Shown piece after piece: positions 1 through 15,000 of a stretch of 64,000 nt of DNA; within the stretch, counting starts at the first letter, position 1; each line of letters opens with the position of its first letter. The position numbers and the translations under genes are program-made. This DNA is from Eledone cirrhosa (lineage: Eukaryota): positions 418,438,001 through 418,502,000 of the forward strand of contig OZ024740.1 in NCBI GenBank assembly GCA_964016885.1. The letters are read 5' to 3'. Below the pieces are notes generated by a model. The model did not search any database and was not told the DNA's origin. It saw only the letters and a program-made list of their open reading frames with translations.

Positions 1-3000
1 TAAGTTATGTCTAAACCATACAGCAATATTGCACTGCACTGCATATTTGGTTCCATAAGTTATGTCTAAACCATACAGCAATATTGCATTACACTGCATA
101 TTTGGTTCCATAAGTTATGTCTAAACCATACAGCAATATTGCACTGCACTGCATATTTGGTTCCCTAAGTTATGTCTAAACCATACAGCAATATTGTACT
201 GCACTGCATATTTGGTTCCATAAGTTATGTCTAAACCATACAGCAATATTGCATTACACTACATACTTGGTTCCATAAGTTATGTCTAAACCATACAGCA
301 TTATTGCACTACACTGCATATTTGGTTCCATAAGTTATGTGTAAACCATACAGCAATATTGCATTACACTGCATATTTGGTTCCATAAGTTATGTCTAAA
401 CCATACGGCAATATTGCACTACACTGCATATTTGGTTCCATAAGTTATGTCTAAACCATACAGCAATATTGCACTACACTGCATATTTGGTTCCATAAGT
501 TATGTCTAGACCATACAGCAATATTGCACTACACTGCATATTTGGTTCCATAAGTTATGTCTAAACCATACAGCAATATTGAACTGCACTGCATATTTGG
601 TTCCATAAGTTATGTCTAAACCATACAGCATTATTGCATCACACTGCATATTTGGTTCCATAAGTTATGTCTAAACCATACAGCAATATTGCACTGCACT
701 GCATATTTGGTTCCCTAAGTTATGTCTAAACCATACAGCAATATTGCATTACACTACATATTGGGTTCCATAAGTTATGTCTAACCCATAAGCAATATTG
801 CATTACACTACATATTTGGTTCCATAAGTTATGTCTAGACCATACAGCAATATTGCACTACACTGCATATTTGGTTCCATAAGTTATGTCTAAACCATAC
901 AGCAATATTGCACTGCACTGCATATTTGGTTCCATAAGTTATGTCTAAACCATACAGCAATATTGCATTACACTACATACTTGGTTCCATAAGTTATGTC
1001 TAAACCATACAGCATTATTGCACTGCACTGCATATTTGGTTCCATAAGTTATGTCTAAACCATACAGCAATATTGCATTACACTGCATATTTGGTTCCAT
1101 AAGTTATGTCTAAACCATACAGCAATATTGCATTACACTGCATACTTGGTTCCATAAGTTATGTCTAAACTATACAGCAATATTGCACTACACTGCATAT
1201 TTGGTTCCATAAGTTATGTCTAAACCATACAGCAATATTCCACTACACTGCATATTTGGTTCCATAAGTTATGTCTAGACCATACAGCAATATTGCACTG
1301 CACTGCATATTTGGTTCCATAAGTTATGTCTAGACCATACAGCAATATTGCACTACACTGCATATTTGGTTCCATAAGTTATGTCTAGACCATACAGCAA
1401 TATTGCATTACACTGCATATTTGGTTCCATAAGTTATGTCTAAACCATACAGCAATATTGCACTACACTGCATATTTGGTTCCATAAGGTATGTCTAGAC
1501 CATACAGCAATATTGCATTACACTGCATATTTGGTTCCATAAGTTATGTCTAGACCATACAGCAATATTGCATTACACTGCATATTTGGTTCCATAAGTT
1601 ATGTCTAGACCATACAGCAATATTGCATTACACTGCATATTTGGTTCCATAAGTTATGTCTAGACCATACAGCAATATTGCACTACACTGCATATTTGGT
1701 TCCATAAGTTATGTCTAGACCATACAGGAATATTGCACTACACTGCAGATTTGGTTCCATAAGTTATGTCTAGACCATACAGCAATATTGCACTGCACTG
1801 CATATTTGGTTCCATAAGTTATGTCTAAACCATACAGTAATATTGCACTACACTGCATATTTGGTTCCATAAGTTATGTCTAAACCATACAGCAATATTG
1901 CACTGCACTGCATATTTGGTTCCATAAGTTATGTCTAAACCATACAGCAATATTGCATTACACTGCATATTTGGTTCCATAAGTTATGTCTAAACCATAC
2001 AGCAATATTGCACTGCACTGCATATTTGGTTCCCTAAGTTATGTCTAAACCATACAGCAATATTGCATTGCACTGCATATTTGGTTCCATAAGTTATGTC
2101 TAAACCATACAGCAATATTGCATTACACTACATACTTGGTTCCATAAGTTATGTCTAAACCATACAGCATTATTGCACTACACTGCATATTTGGTTCCAT
2201 AAGTTATGTGTAAACCATACAGCAATATTGCATTACACTGCATATTTGGTTCATAAGTTATGTCTAAACCATACGGCAATATTGCACTACACTGCATATT
2301 TGGTTCCATAAGTTATGTCTAAACCATACAGCAATATTGCACTACACTGCATATTTGGTTCCATAAGTTATGTCTAGACCATACAGCAATATTGCACTAC
2401 ACTGCATATTTGGTTCCATAAGTTATGTCTAAACCATACAGCAATATTGCACTGCACTGCATATTTGGTTCCATAAGTTATGTCTAAACCATACAGCATT
2501 ATTGCATCACACTGCATATTTGGTTCCATAAGTTATGTCTAAACCATACAGCAATATTGCACTGCACTGCATATTTGGTTCCCTAAGTTATGTCTAAACC
2601 ATACAGCAATATTGCACTTCACTGCATATTTCGTTCCATAAGTTATGTCTAAACCATACAGCAATATTGCATTACACTGCATATTTGGTTCCATAAGTTA
2701 TGTCTAAACCATACAGCAATATTGCATTACACTGCATACTTGGTTCCATAAGTTATGTCTAAACTATACAGCAATATTGCACTACACTGCATATTTGGTT
2801 CCATAAGTTATGTCTAAACCATACAGCAATATTCCACTACACTGCATATTTGGTTCCATAAGTTATGTCTAGACCATACAGCAATATTGCACTGCACTGC
2901 ATATTTGGTTCCATAAGTTATGTCTAGACCATACAGCAATAGTGCACTACACTGCATATTTGGTTCCATAAGTTATGTCTAGACCATACAGCAATATTGC

Positions 3001-6000
3001 ATTACACTGCATATTTGGTTCCATAAGTTATGTCTAAACCATACAGCAATATTGCACTACACTGCATATTTGGTTCTATAAGTTATGTCTAGACCATACA
3101 GCAATATTGCATTACACTGCATATTTGGTTCCATAAGTTATGTCTAAACCATACAGCAATATTCCACTGCACTGCATATTTGGTTCCATAAGTTATGTCT
3201 AGACCATACAGCAATATTGCACTGCACTGCATATTTGGTTCCATAAGTTATGTCTAGACCGTACATCAATATTGCACTACACTGCATATTTGGTTCCATA
3301 AGTTATGTCTAGACCATACAGCAATATTGCATTACACTGCATATTTGGTTCCATAAGTTATGTCTAAACCATACAGCAATATTGCACTACACTGCATATT
3401 TGGTTCCATAAATTATGTCTAGACCATACATCAATATTGCATTACACTGCATATTTGGTTCCATAAGTTATGTCTAGACCATACAGCAATATTGCATTAC
3501 ACTGCATATTTGGTTCCATAAGTTATGTCTAGACCATACAGCAATATTGCATTACACTGCATATTTGGTTCCATAAGTTATGTCTAGACCATTCAGCAAT
3601 ATTGCACTACACTGCATATTTGGTTCCATAAGTTATGTCTAGACCATACAGGAATATTGCACTACACTGCAGATTTGGTTCCATAAGTTATGTCTAGACC
3701 ATACAGCAATATTGCACTGCACTGCATATTTGGTTCCATAAGTTATGTCTAAACCATACAGTAATATTGCACTACACATCATATTTGGTTCCATAAGTTA
3801 TGTCTAAACCATACAGTAATATTGCACTACACTGCATATTTAGTTCCATAAGTTATGTCTAAACCATACAGCAATATTGCACTACACTGCATATTTGGTT
3901 CCATAAGTTATGTCTAAACCATTCAGCAATATTGCATTACACTACATATTTGGTTCCATAAGTTATGTCTAGACCATACAGCAATATTGCATTACACTGT
4001 ATATTTGGTTCCATAAGTTATGTCTAACCCATACAGCAATATTGCATTACACTACATATTTGGTTCCATAAGTTATGTCTAGACCATACAGCAATATTGC
4101 ACTACACTGCATATTTGGTTCCATAAGTTATGTCTAAACCATACAGCAATATTGCACTGCACTGCATATTTGGTTCCATAAGTTATGTCTAAACCATACA
4201 GCAATATTGCATTACACTGCATATTTGGTTCCATAAGTTATGTCTAAACCATACAGCAATATTGCACTGCACTGCATATTTGGTTCCCTAAGTTATGTCT
4301 AAACCATACAGCAATATTGCACTGCACTGCATATTTGGTTCCATAAGTTATGTCTAAACCATACAGCAATATTGCATTACACTACATACTTGGTTCCATA
4401 AGTTATGTCTAAACCATACAGCATTATTGCACTACACTGCATATTTGGTTCCATAAGTTATGTGTAAACCATACAGCAATATTGCATTACACTGCATATT
4501 TGGTTCCATAAGTTATGTCTAAACCATACGGCAATATTGCACTACACTGCATATTTGGTTCCATAAGTTATGTCTAAACCATACAGCAATATTGCACTAC
4601 ACTGCATATTTGGTTCCATAAGTTATGTCTAGACCATACAGCAATATTGCACTACACTGCATATTTGGTTCCATAAGTTATGTCTAAACCATACAGCAAT
4701 ATTGAACTGCACTGCATATTTGGTTCCATAAGTTATGTCTAAACCATACAGCATTATTGCATCACACTGCATATTTGGTTCCATAAGTTATGTCTAAACC
4801 ATACAGCAATATTGCACTGCACTGCATATTTGGTTCCCTAAGTTATGTCTAAACCATACAGCAATATTGCACTGCACTGCATATTTGGTTCCATAAGTTA
4901 TGTCTAAACCATACAGCAATATTGCATTACACTGCATATTTGGTTCCATAAGTTATGTCTAAACCATACAGCAATATTGCATTACACTGCATACTTGGTT
5001 CCATAAGTTATGTCTAAACTATACAGCAATATTGCACTACACTGCATATTTGGTTCCATAAGTTATGTCTAAACCATACAGCAATATTGCACTACACTGC
5101 ATATTTGGTTCCATAAGTTATGTCTAAACTATACAGCAATATTGCATTACACTGCATATTTGGTTCCATAAGTTATGTCTAAACCATACAGCAATATTGC
5201 ATTACACTGCATATTTGGTTCCATAAGTTATGTCTAAACCATACAGCAATATTGCACTACACTGCATATTTGGTTCCATAAGTTATGTCTAAACCATACA
5301 GCAATATTGCATTACACTGCATATTTGGTTCCATAAGTTATGTCTAGACCATACAGCAATATTGCACTACACTGCATATTTGGTACCATAAGTTATGTCT
5401 AGACCATACAGCAATATTGCACTGCACTGCATATTTGGTTCCATAAGTTATGTCTAGACCATACAGCAATATTGCACTACACTGCATATTTGGTTCCATA
5501 AGTTATGTCTAGACCATACAGCAATATTTTCTGCACTGCATATTTGGTTCCATAAGTTATGTCTAGTCCATACAGCAATATTGCACTGCACTGCATATTT
5601 GGTTCCATAAGTTATGTCTAAACCATACAGCAATATTGCATTACACTGCATATTTGGTTCCATAAGTTATGTCTAAACCATACAGCAATATTGCATTACA
5701 CTACATATTTGGTTCCATAAGTTATGTCTAAACCATACAGCAATATTGCATTACACTACATATTTGGTTCCATAAGTTATATCTAAACCATACAGCAATA
5801 TTGCACTACACTGCATATTTGGTTCCATATGTTATGTCTAAACCATACAGCAATATTGCATTACACTACATATTTTGTTCCATAAGTTATGTCTAACCCA
5901 TACAGCAATATTGCATTACACTACATATTTGGTTCCATAAGTTATGTCTAGACCATACAGCAATATTGCATTACACTGTATATTTGGTTCCATAAGTTAT

Positions 6001-9000
6001 GTCTAACCCATACAGCAATATTGCATTACACTACATATTTGGTTCCATAAGTTATGTCTAGACCATACAGCAATATTGCACTACACTGCATATTTGGTTC
6101 CATAAGTTATGTCTAAACCATACAGCAATATTCCACTACACTGCATATTTGGTTCCATAAGTTATGTCTAGACCATACAGCAATATTGCACTGCACTGCA
6201 TATTTGGTTCCATAAGTTATGTCTAGACCATACAGCAATAGTGCACTACACTGCATATTTGGTTCCATAAGTTATGTCTAGACCATACAGCAATATTGCA
6301 TTACACTGCATATTTGGTTCCATAAGTTATGTCTAAACCATACAGCAATATTGCACTACACTGCATATTTGGTTCTATAAGTTATGTCTAGACCATACAG
6401 CAATATTGCATTACACTGCATATTTGGTTCCATAAGTTATGTCTAAACCATACAGCAATATTCCACTGCACTGCATATTTGGTTCCATAAGTTATGTCTA
6501 GACCATACAGCAATATTGCACTGCACTGCATATTTGGTTCCATAAGTTATGTCTAGACCATACAGCAATATTGCATTACACTGCATATTTGGTTCCATAA
6601 GTTATGTCTAGACCATACAGCAATATTGCACTACACTGCATATTTGGTTCCATAAGTTATGTCTAGACCATACAGGAATATTGCACTACACTGCAGATTT
6701 GGTTCCATAAGTTATGTCTAGACCATACAGCAATATTGCACTGCACTGCATATTTGGTTCCATAAGTTATGTCTAAACCATACAGTAATATTGCACTACA
6801 CATCATATTTGGTTCCATAAGTTATGTCTAAACCATACAGTAATATTGCACTACACTGCATATTTAGTTCCATAAGTTATGTCTAAACCATACAGCAATA
6901 TTGCACTACACTGCATATTTGGTTCCATAAGTTATGTCTAAACCATTCAGCAATATTGCACTACACTGCATATTTGGTTCCATAAGTTATGTCTAGACCA
7001 TACAGGAATATTGCACTACACTGTAGATTTGGTTCCATAAGTTATGTCTAGACCATACAGCAATATTGCACTGCACTGCATATTTGGTTCCATAAGTTAT
7101 GTCTAAACCATACAGTAATATTGCACTACACATCATATTTGGTTCCATAAGTTATGTCTAAACCATACAGTAATATTGCACTACACTGCATATTTAGTTC
7201 CATAAGTTATGTATAAACCATACAGCAATATTGCACTACACTGCATATTTGGTTCCATAAGTTATGTCTAAACCATTCAGCAATATTGCATTACACTACA
7301 TATTTGGTTCCATAAGTTATGTCTAGACCATACAGCAATATTGCATTACACTGTATATTTGGTTCCATAAGTTATGTCTAACCCATACAGCAATATTGCA
7401 TTACACTACATATTTGGTTCCATAAGTTATGTCTAGACCATACAGCAATATTGCACTACACTGCATATTTGGTTCCATAAGTTATGTCTAAACCATACAG
7501 CAATATTGCACTGCACTGCATATTTGGTTCCATAAGTTATGTCTAAACCATACAGCAATATTGCATTACACTGCATATTTGGTTCCATAAGTTATGTCTA
7601 AACCATACAGCAATATTGCACTGCACTGCATATTTGGTTCCCTAAGTTATGTCTAAACCATACAGCAATATTGCACTGCACTGCATATTTGGTTCCATAA
7701 GTTATGTCTAAACCATACAGCAATATTGCATTACACTACATACTTGGTTCCATAAGTTATGTCTAAACCATACAGCATTATTGCACTACACTGCATATTT
7801 GGTTCCATAAGTTATGTGTAAACCATACAGCAATATTGCATTACACTGCATATTTGGTTCCATAAGTTATGTCTAAACCATACGGCAATATTGCACTACA
7901 CTGCATATTTGGTTCCATAAGTTATGTCTAAACCATACAGCAATATTGCACTACACTGCATATTTGGTTCCATAAGTTATGTCTAGACCATACAGCAATA
8001 TTGCACTACACTGCATATTTGGTTCCATAAGTTATGTCTAAACCATACAGCAATATTGAACTGCACTGCATATTTGGTTCCATAAGTTATGTCTAAACCA
8101 TACAGCATTATTGCATCACACTGCATATTTGGTTCCATAAGTTATGTCTAAACCATACAGCAATATTGCACTGCACTGCATATTTGGTTCCCTAAGTTAT
8201 GTCTAAACCATACAGCAATATTGCACTGCACTGCATATTTGGTTCCATAAGTTATGTCTAAACCATACAGCAATATTGCATTACACTGCATATTTGGTTC
8301 CATAAGTTATGTCTAAACCATACAGCAATATTGCATTACACTGCATACTTGGTTCCATAAGTTATGTCTAAACTATACAGCAATATTGCACTACACTGCA
8401 TATTTGGTTCCATAAGTTATGTCTAAACCATACAGCAATATTGCACTACACTGCATATTTGGTTCCATAAGTTATGTCTAAACTATACAGCAATATTGCA
8501 TTACACTGCATATTTGGTTCCATAAGTTATGTCTAAACCATACAGCAATATTGCATTACACTGCATATTTGGTTCCATAAGTTATGTCTAAACCATACAG
8601 CAATATTGCACTACACTGCATATTTGGTTCCATAAGTTATGTCTAAACCATACAGCAATATTGCATTACACTGCATATTTGGTTCCATAAGTTATGTCTA
8701 GACCATACAGCAATATTGCACTACACTGCATATTTGGTACCATAAGTTATGTCTAGACCATACAGCAATATTGCACTGCACTGCATATTTGGTTCCATAA
8801 GTTATGTCTAGACCATACAGCAATATTGCACTACACTGCATATTTGGTTCCATAAGTTATGTCTAGACCATACAGCAATATTTTCTGCACTGCATATTTG
8901 GTTCCATAAGTTATGTCTAGTCCATACAACAATATTGCACTGCACTGCATATTTGGTTCCATAAGTTATGTCTAAACCATACAGCAATATTGCATTACAC

Positions 9001-12000
9001 TGCATATTTGGTTCCATAAGTTATGTCTAAACCATACAGCAATATTGCATTACACTACATATTTGGTTCCATAAGTTATGTCTAAACCATACAGCAATAT
9101 TGCATTACACTACATATTTGGTTCCATAAGTTATATCTAAACCATACAGCAATATTGCACTACACTGCATATTTGGTTCCATATGTTATGTCTAAACCAT
9201 ACAGCAATATTGCATTACACTACATATTTTGTTCCATAAGTTATGTCTAACCCATACAGCAATATTGCATTACACTACATATTTGGTTCCATAAGTTATG
9301 TCTAGACCATACAGCAATATTGCATTACACTGTATATTTGGTTCCATAAGTTATGTCTAACCCATACAGCAATATTGCATTACACTACATATTTGGTTCC
9401 ATAAGTTATGTCTAGACCATACAGCAATATTGCACTACACTGCATATTTGGTTCCATAAGTTATGTCTAAACCATACAGCAATATTGCACTGCACTGCAT
9501 ATTTGGTTCCATAAGTTATGTCTAAACCATACAGCAATATTGCATTACACTGCATATTTGGTTCCATAAGTTATGTCTAAACCATACAGCAATATTGCAC
9601 TGCACTGCATATTTGGTTCCCTAAGTTATGTCTAAACCATACAGCAATATTGCACTGCACTGCATATTTGGTTCCATAAGTTATGTCTAAACCATACAGC
9701 AATATTGCATTACACTACATACTTGGTTCCATAAGTTATGTCTAAACCATACAGCATTATTGCACTACACTGCATATTTGGTTCCATAAGTTATGTGTAA
9801 ACCATACAGCAATATTGCATTACACTGCATATTTGGTTCCATAAGTTATGTCTAAACCATACGGCAATATTGCACTACACTGCATATTTGGTTCCATAAG
9901 TTATGTCTAAACCATACAGCAATATTGCACTACACTGCATATTTGGTTCCATAAGTTATGTCTAGACCATACAGCAATATTGCACTACACTGCATATTTG
10001 GTTCCATAAGTTATGTCTAAACCATACAGCAATATTGAACTGCACTGCATATTTGGTTCCATAAGTTATGTCTAAACCATACAGCATTATTGCATCACAC
10101 TGCATATTTGGTTCCATAACTTATGTCTAAACCATACAGCAATATTGCACTGCACTGCATATTTGGTTCCCTAAGTTATGTCTAAACCATACAGCAATAT
10201 TGCACTGCACTGCATATTTGGTTCCATAAGTTATGTCTAAACCATACAGCAATATTGCATTACACTGCATATTTGGTTCCATAAGTTATGTCTAAACCAT
10301 ACAGCAATATTGCATTACACTGCATACTTGGTTCCATAAGTTATGTCTAAACTATACAGCAATATTGCACTACACTGCATATTTGGTTCCATAAGTTATG
10401 TCTAAACCATACAGCAATATTGCACTACACTGCATATTTGGTTCCATAAGTTATGTCTAAACTATACAGCAATATTGCATTACACTGCATATTTGGTTCC
10501 ATAAGTTATGTCTAAACCATACAGCAATATTGCATTACACTGCATATTTGGTTCCATAAGTTATGTCTAAACCATACAGCAATATTGCACTACACTGCAT
10601 ATTTGGTTCCATAAGTTATGTCTAAACCATACAGCAATATTGCATTACACTGCATATTTGGTTCCATAAGTTATGTCTAGACCATACAGCAATATTGCAC
10701 TACACTGCATATTTGGTACCATAAGTTATGTCTAGACCATACAGCAATATTGCACTGCACTGCATATTTGGTTCCATAAGTTATGTCTAGACCATACAGC
10801 AATATTGCACTACACTGCATATTTGGTTCCATAAGTTATGTCTAGACCATACAGCAATATTTTCTGCACTGCATATTTGGTTCCATAAGTTATGTCTAGT
10901 CCATACAGCAATATTGCACTGCACTGCATATTTGGTTCCATAAGTTATGTCTAAACCATACAGCAATATTGCATTACACTGCATATTTGGTTCCATAAGT
11001 TATGTCTAAACCATACAGCAATATTGCATTACACTACATATTTGGTTCCATAAGTTATGTCTAAACCATACAGCAATATTGCATTACACTACATATTTGG
11101 TTCCATAAGTTATATCTAAACCATACAGCAATATTGCACTACACTGCATATTTGGTTCCATATGTTATGTCTAAACCATACAGCAATATTGCATTACACT
11201 ACATATTTTGTTCCATAAGTTATGTCTAACCCATACAGCAATATTGCATTACACTACATATTTGGTTCCATAAGTTATGTCTAGACCATACAGCAATATT
11301 GCACTACACTGCATATTTGGTTCCATAAGTTATGTCTAAACCATACAGCAATATTGCACTGCACTGCATATTTGGTTCCATAAGTTATGTCTAAACCATA
11401 CAGCAATATTGCATTACACTGCATATTTGGTTCCATAAGTTATGTCTAAACCATACAGCAATATTGCACTGCACTGCATATTTGGTTCCCTAAGTTATGT
11501 CTAAACCATACAGAAATATTGCACTGCACTGCATATTTGGTTCCATAAGTTATGTCTAAACCATACAGCAATATTGCATTACACTACATACTTGGTTCCA
11601 TAAGTTATGTCTAAACCATACAGCATTATTGCACTACACTGCATATTTGGTTCCATAAGTTATGTGTAAACCATACAGCAATATTGCATTACACTGCATA
11701 TTTGGTTCCAAAAGTTATGTCTAAACCATACGGCAATATTGCACTACACTGCATATTTGGTTCCATAAGTTATGTCTAAACCATACAGCAATATTGCACT
11801 ACACTGCATATTTGGTTCCATAAGTTATGTCTAGACCATACAGCAATATTGCACTACACTGCATATTTGGTTCCATAAGTTATGTCTAAACCATACAGCA
11901 ATATTGCACTGCACTGCATATTTGGTTCCATAAGTTATGTCTAAACCATACAGCATTATTGCATCACACTGCATATTTGGTTCCATAAGTTATGTCTAAA

Positions 12001-15000
12001 CGATACAGCAATATTGCACTGCACTGCATATTTGGTTCCCTAAGTTATGTCTAAACCATACAGCAATATTGCACTGCACTGCATATTTGGTTCCATAAGT
12101 TATGTCTAAACCATACAGCAATATTGCATTACACTGCATATTTGGTTCCATCAGTTATGTCTAAACCATACAGCAATATTGCATTACACTGCATACTTGG
12201 TTCCATAAGTTATGTCTAAACTATACAGCAATATTGCACTACACTGCATATTTGGTTCCATAAGTTATGTCTAAACCATACAGCAATATTCCACTACACT
12301 GCATATTTGGTTCCATAAGTTATGTCTAGACCATACAGCAATATTGCACTGCACTGCATATTTGGTTCCATAAGTTATGTCTAGACCATACAGCAATATT
12401 GCACTACACTGCATATTTGGTTCCATAAGTTATGTCTAGACCATACAGCAATATTGCATTACACTGCATATTTGGTTCCATAAGTTATGTCTAAACCATA
12501 CAGCAATATTGCACTACACTGCATATTTGGTTCCATAAGTTATGTCTAGACCATACAGCAATATTGCATTACACTGCATATTTGGTTCCATAAGTTATGT
12601 CTAGACCATACAGCAATATTGCATTACACTGCATATTTGGTTCCATAAGTTATGTCTAGACCATACAGCAATATTGCATTACACTGCATATTTGGTTCCA
12701 TAAGTTATGTCTAGACCATACAGCAATATTGCACTACACTGCATATTTGGTTCCATAAGTTATGTCTAGACCATACAGGAATATTGCACTACACTGCAGA
12801 TTTGGTTCCATAAGTTATGTCTAGACCATACAGCAATATTGCATTACACTGTATATTTGGTTCCATAAGTTATGTCTAAACCATACAGCAATATTGCATT
12901 ACACTACATATATGGTTCCATAAGTTATGTCTAGACCATACAGCAATATTCCACTACACTGCATATTTGGTTCCATAAGTTATGTCTAGACCATACAGCA
13001 ATATTGCACTGCACTGCATATTTGGTTCCATAAGTTATGTCTAGACCATACAGCAATATTGCACTACACTGCATATTTGGTTCCATAAGTTATGTCTAGA
13101 CCATACAGCAATATTGCATTACACTGCATATTTGGTTCCATAAGTTATGTCTAAACCATACAGCAAAATTGCACTGCACTGCATATTTGGTTCCATAAGT
13201 TATGTCTAAACCATACAGCAATATTGCACTACACTGCATATTTAGTTCCATAAGTTATGTCTAAACCATACAGCAATATTGCACTACACTGCATATTTGG
13301 TTCCATAAGTTATGTCTAAACCATACAGCAATATTGCATTACACTGCATATTTGGTTCCATAAGTTATGTCTAAACCATACAGTAATATTGCACTACACT
13401 GCATATTTAGTTCCATAAGTTATGTCTAAACCATACAGCAATATTGCACTACACTGCATATTTGGTTCCATAAGTTATGTCTAAACCATACAGCAATATT
13501 GCATTACACTACATATTTGGTTCCATAAGTTATGTCTAGACCATACAGCAATATTGCATTACACTGTATATTTGGTTCCATAAGTTATGTCTAAACCATA
13601 CAGTAATATTGCACTACACTGCATATTTGGTTCCATAAGTTATGTCTAAGCCATACAGCAATATTGCACTACACTGCATATTTGGTTCCATAAGTTATGT
13701 CTAAACCATACAGCAATATTGCATTACACTACATATTTGGTTCCATAAGTTATGTCTAGACCATACAGCAATATTGCACTACACTGCATATTTGGTTCCA
13801 TAAGTTATGTCTAAACCATACAGCAAAATTGCACTGCACTGCATATTTGGTTCCATAAGTTATGTCTAAACCATACAGCAATATTGCACTACACTGCATA
13901 TTTAGTTCCATAAGTTATGTCTAAACCATACAGCAATATTGCACTACACTGCATATTTGGTTCCATAAGTTATGTCTAAACCATACAGCAATATTGCATT
14001 ACACTGCATATTTGGTTCCATAAGTTATGTCTAAACCATACAGCAATATTGCATTACACTGCATATTTGGTTCCATAAGTTATTCTAAACCATACAGCAA
14101 TATTGCACTACACTGCATATTTGGTTCCATAAGTTATGTCTAAACCATACAGCAATATTGCATTACACTGCATATTTGGTTCCATAAGTTATGTCTAAAC
14201 CATACAGCAATATTGCACTGCACTGCAGATTTGGTTCCATAAGTTATGTCTAAACCATACAGCAATATTGCATTACACTGCATATTTGGTTCCCTAAGTT
14301 ATGTCTAAATCATACAGCAATATTGCACTGCACTGCATATTTGGTTCCATAAGTTATGTCTAGACCATACAGCAATATTGCACTACACTGCATATTTGGT
14401 TCCATAAGTTATGTCTAGACCATACAGGAATATTGCACTACACTGCAGATTTGGTTCCATAAGTTATGTCTAAACCATACAGCAATATTGCACTACACTG
14501 CAGATTTGGTTCCATAAGTTATGTCTAAACCATACAGCAATATTGCACTGCACTGCATATTTGGTTCCATAAGTTATGTCTAAACCATACAGTAATATTG
14601 CACTACACATCATATTTGGTTCCATAAGTTATGTCTAAACCATACAGCAATATTGCACTGCACTGCATATTTAGTTCCATAAGTTATGTCTAAACCATAC
14701 AGCAATATTGCACTACACTGCATATTTGGTTCCATAAGTTATGTCTAGACCATACAGTAATATTGCACTACACTGCATATTTGGTTCCATAAGTTATGTC
14801 TAAACCATACAGTAATATTGCACTACACATCATATTTGGTTCCATAAGTTATGTCTAAACCATACAGCAATATTGCATTACACTACATATTTGGTTCCAT
14901 AAGTTATGTCTAGACCATACAGCAATATTGCATTACACTGCATATTTGGTTCCATAAGTTATGTCTAAACCATACAGTAATATTGCACTACACTGCATAT

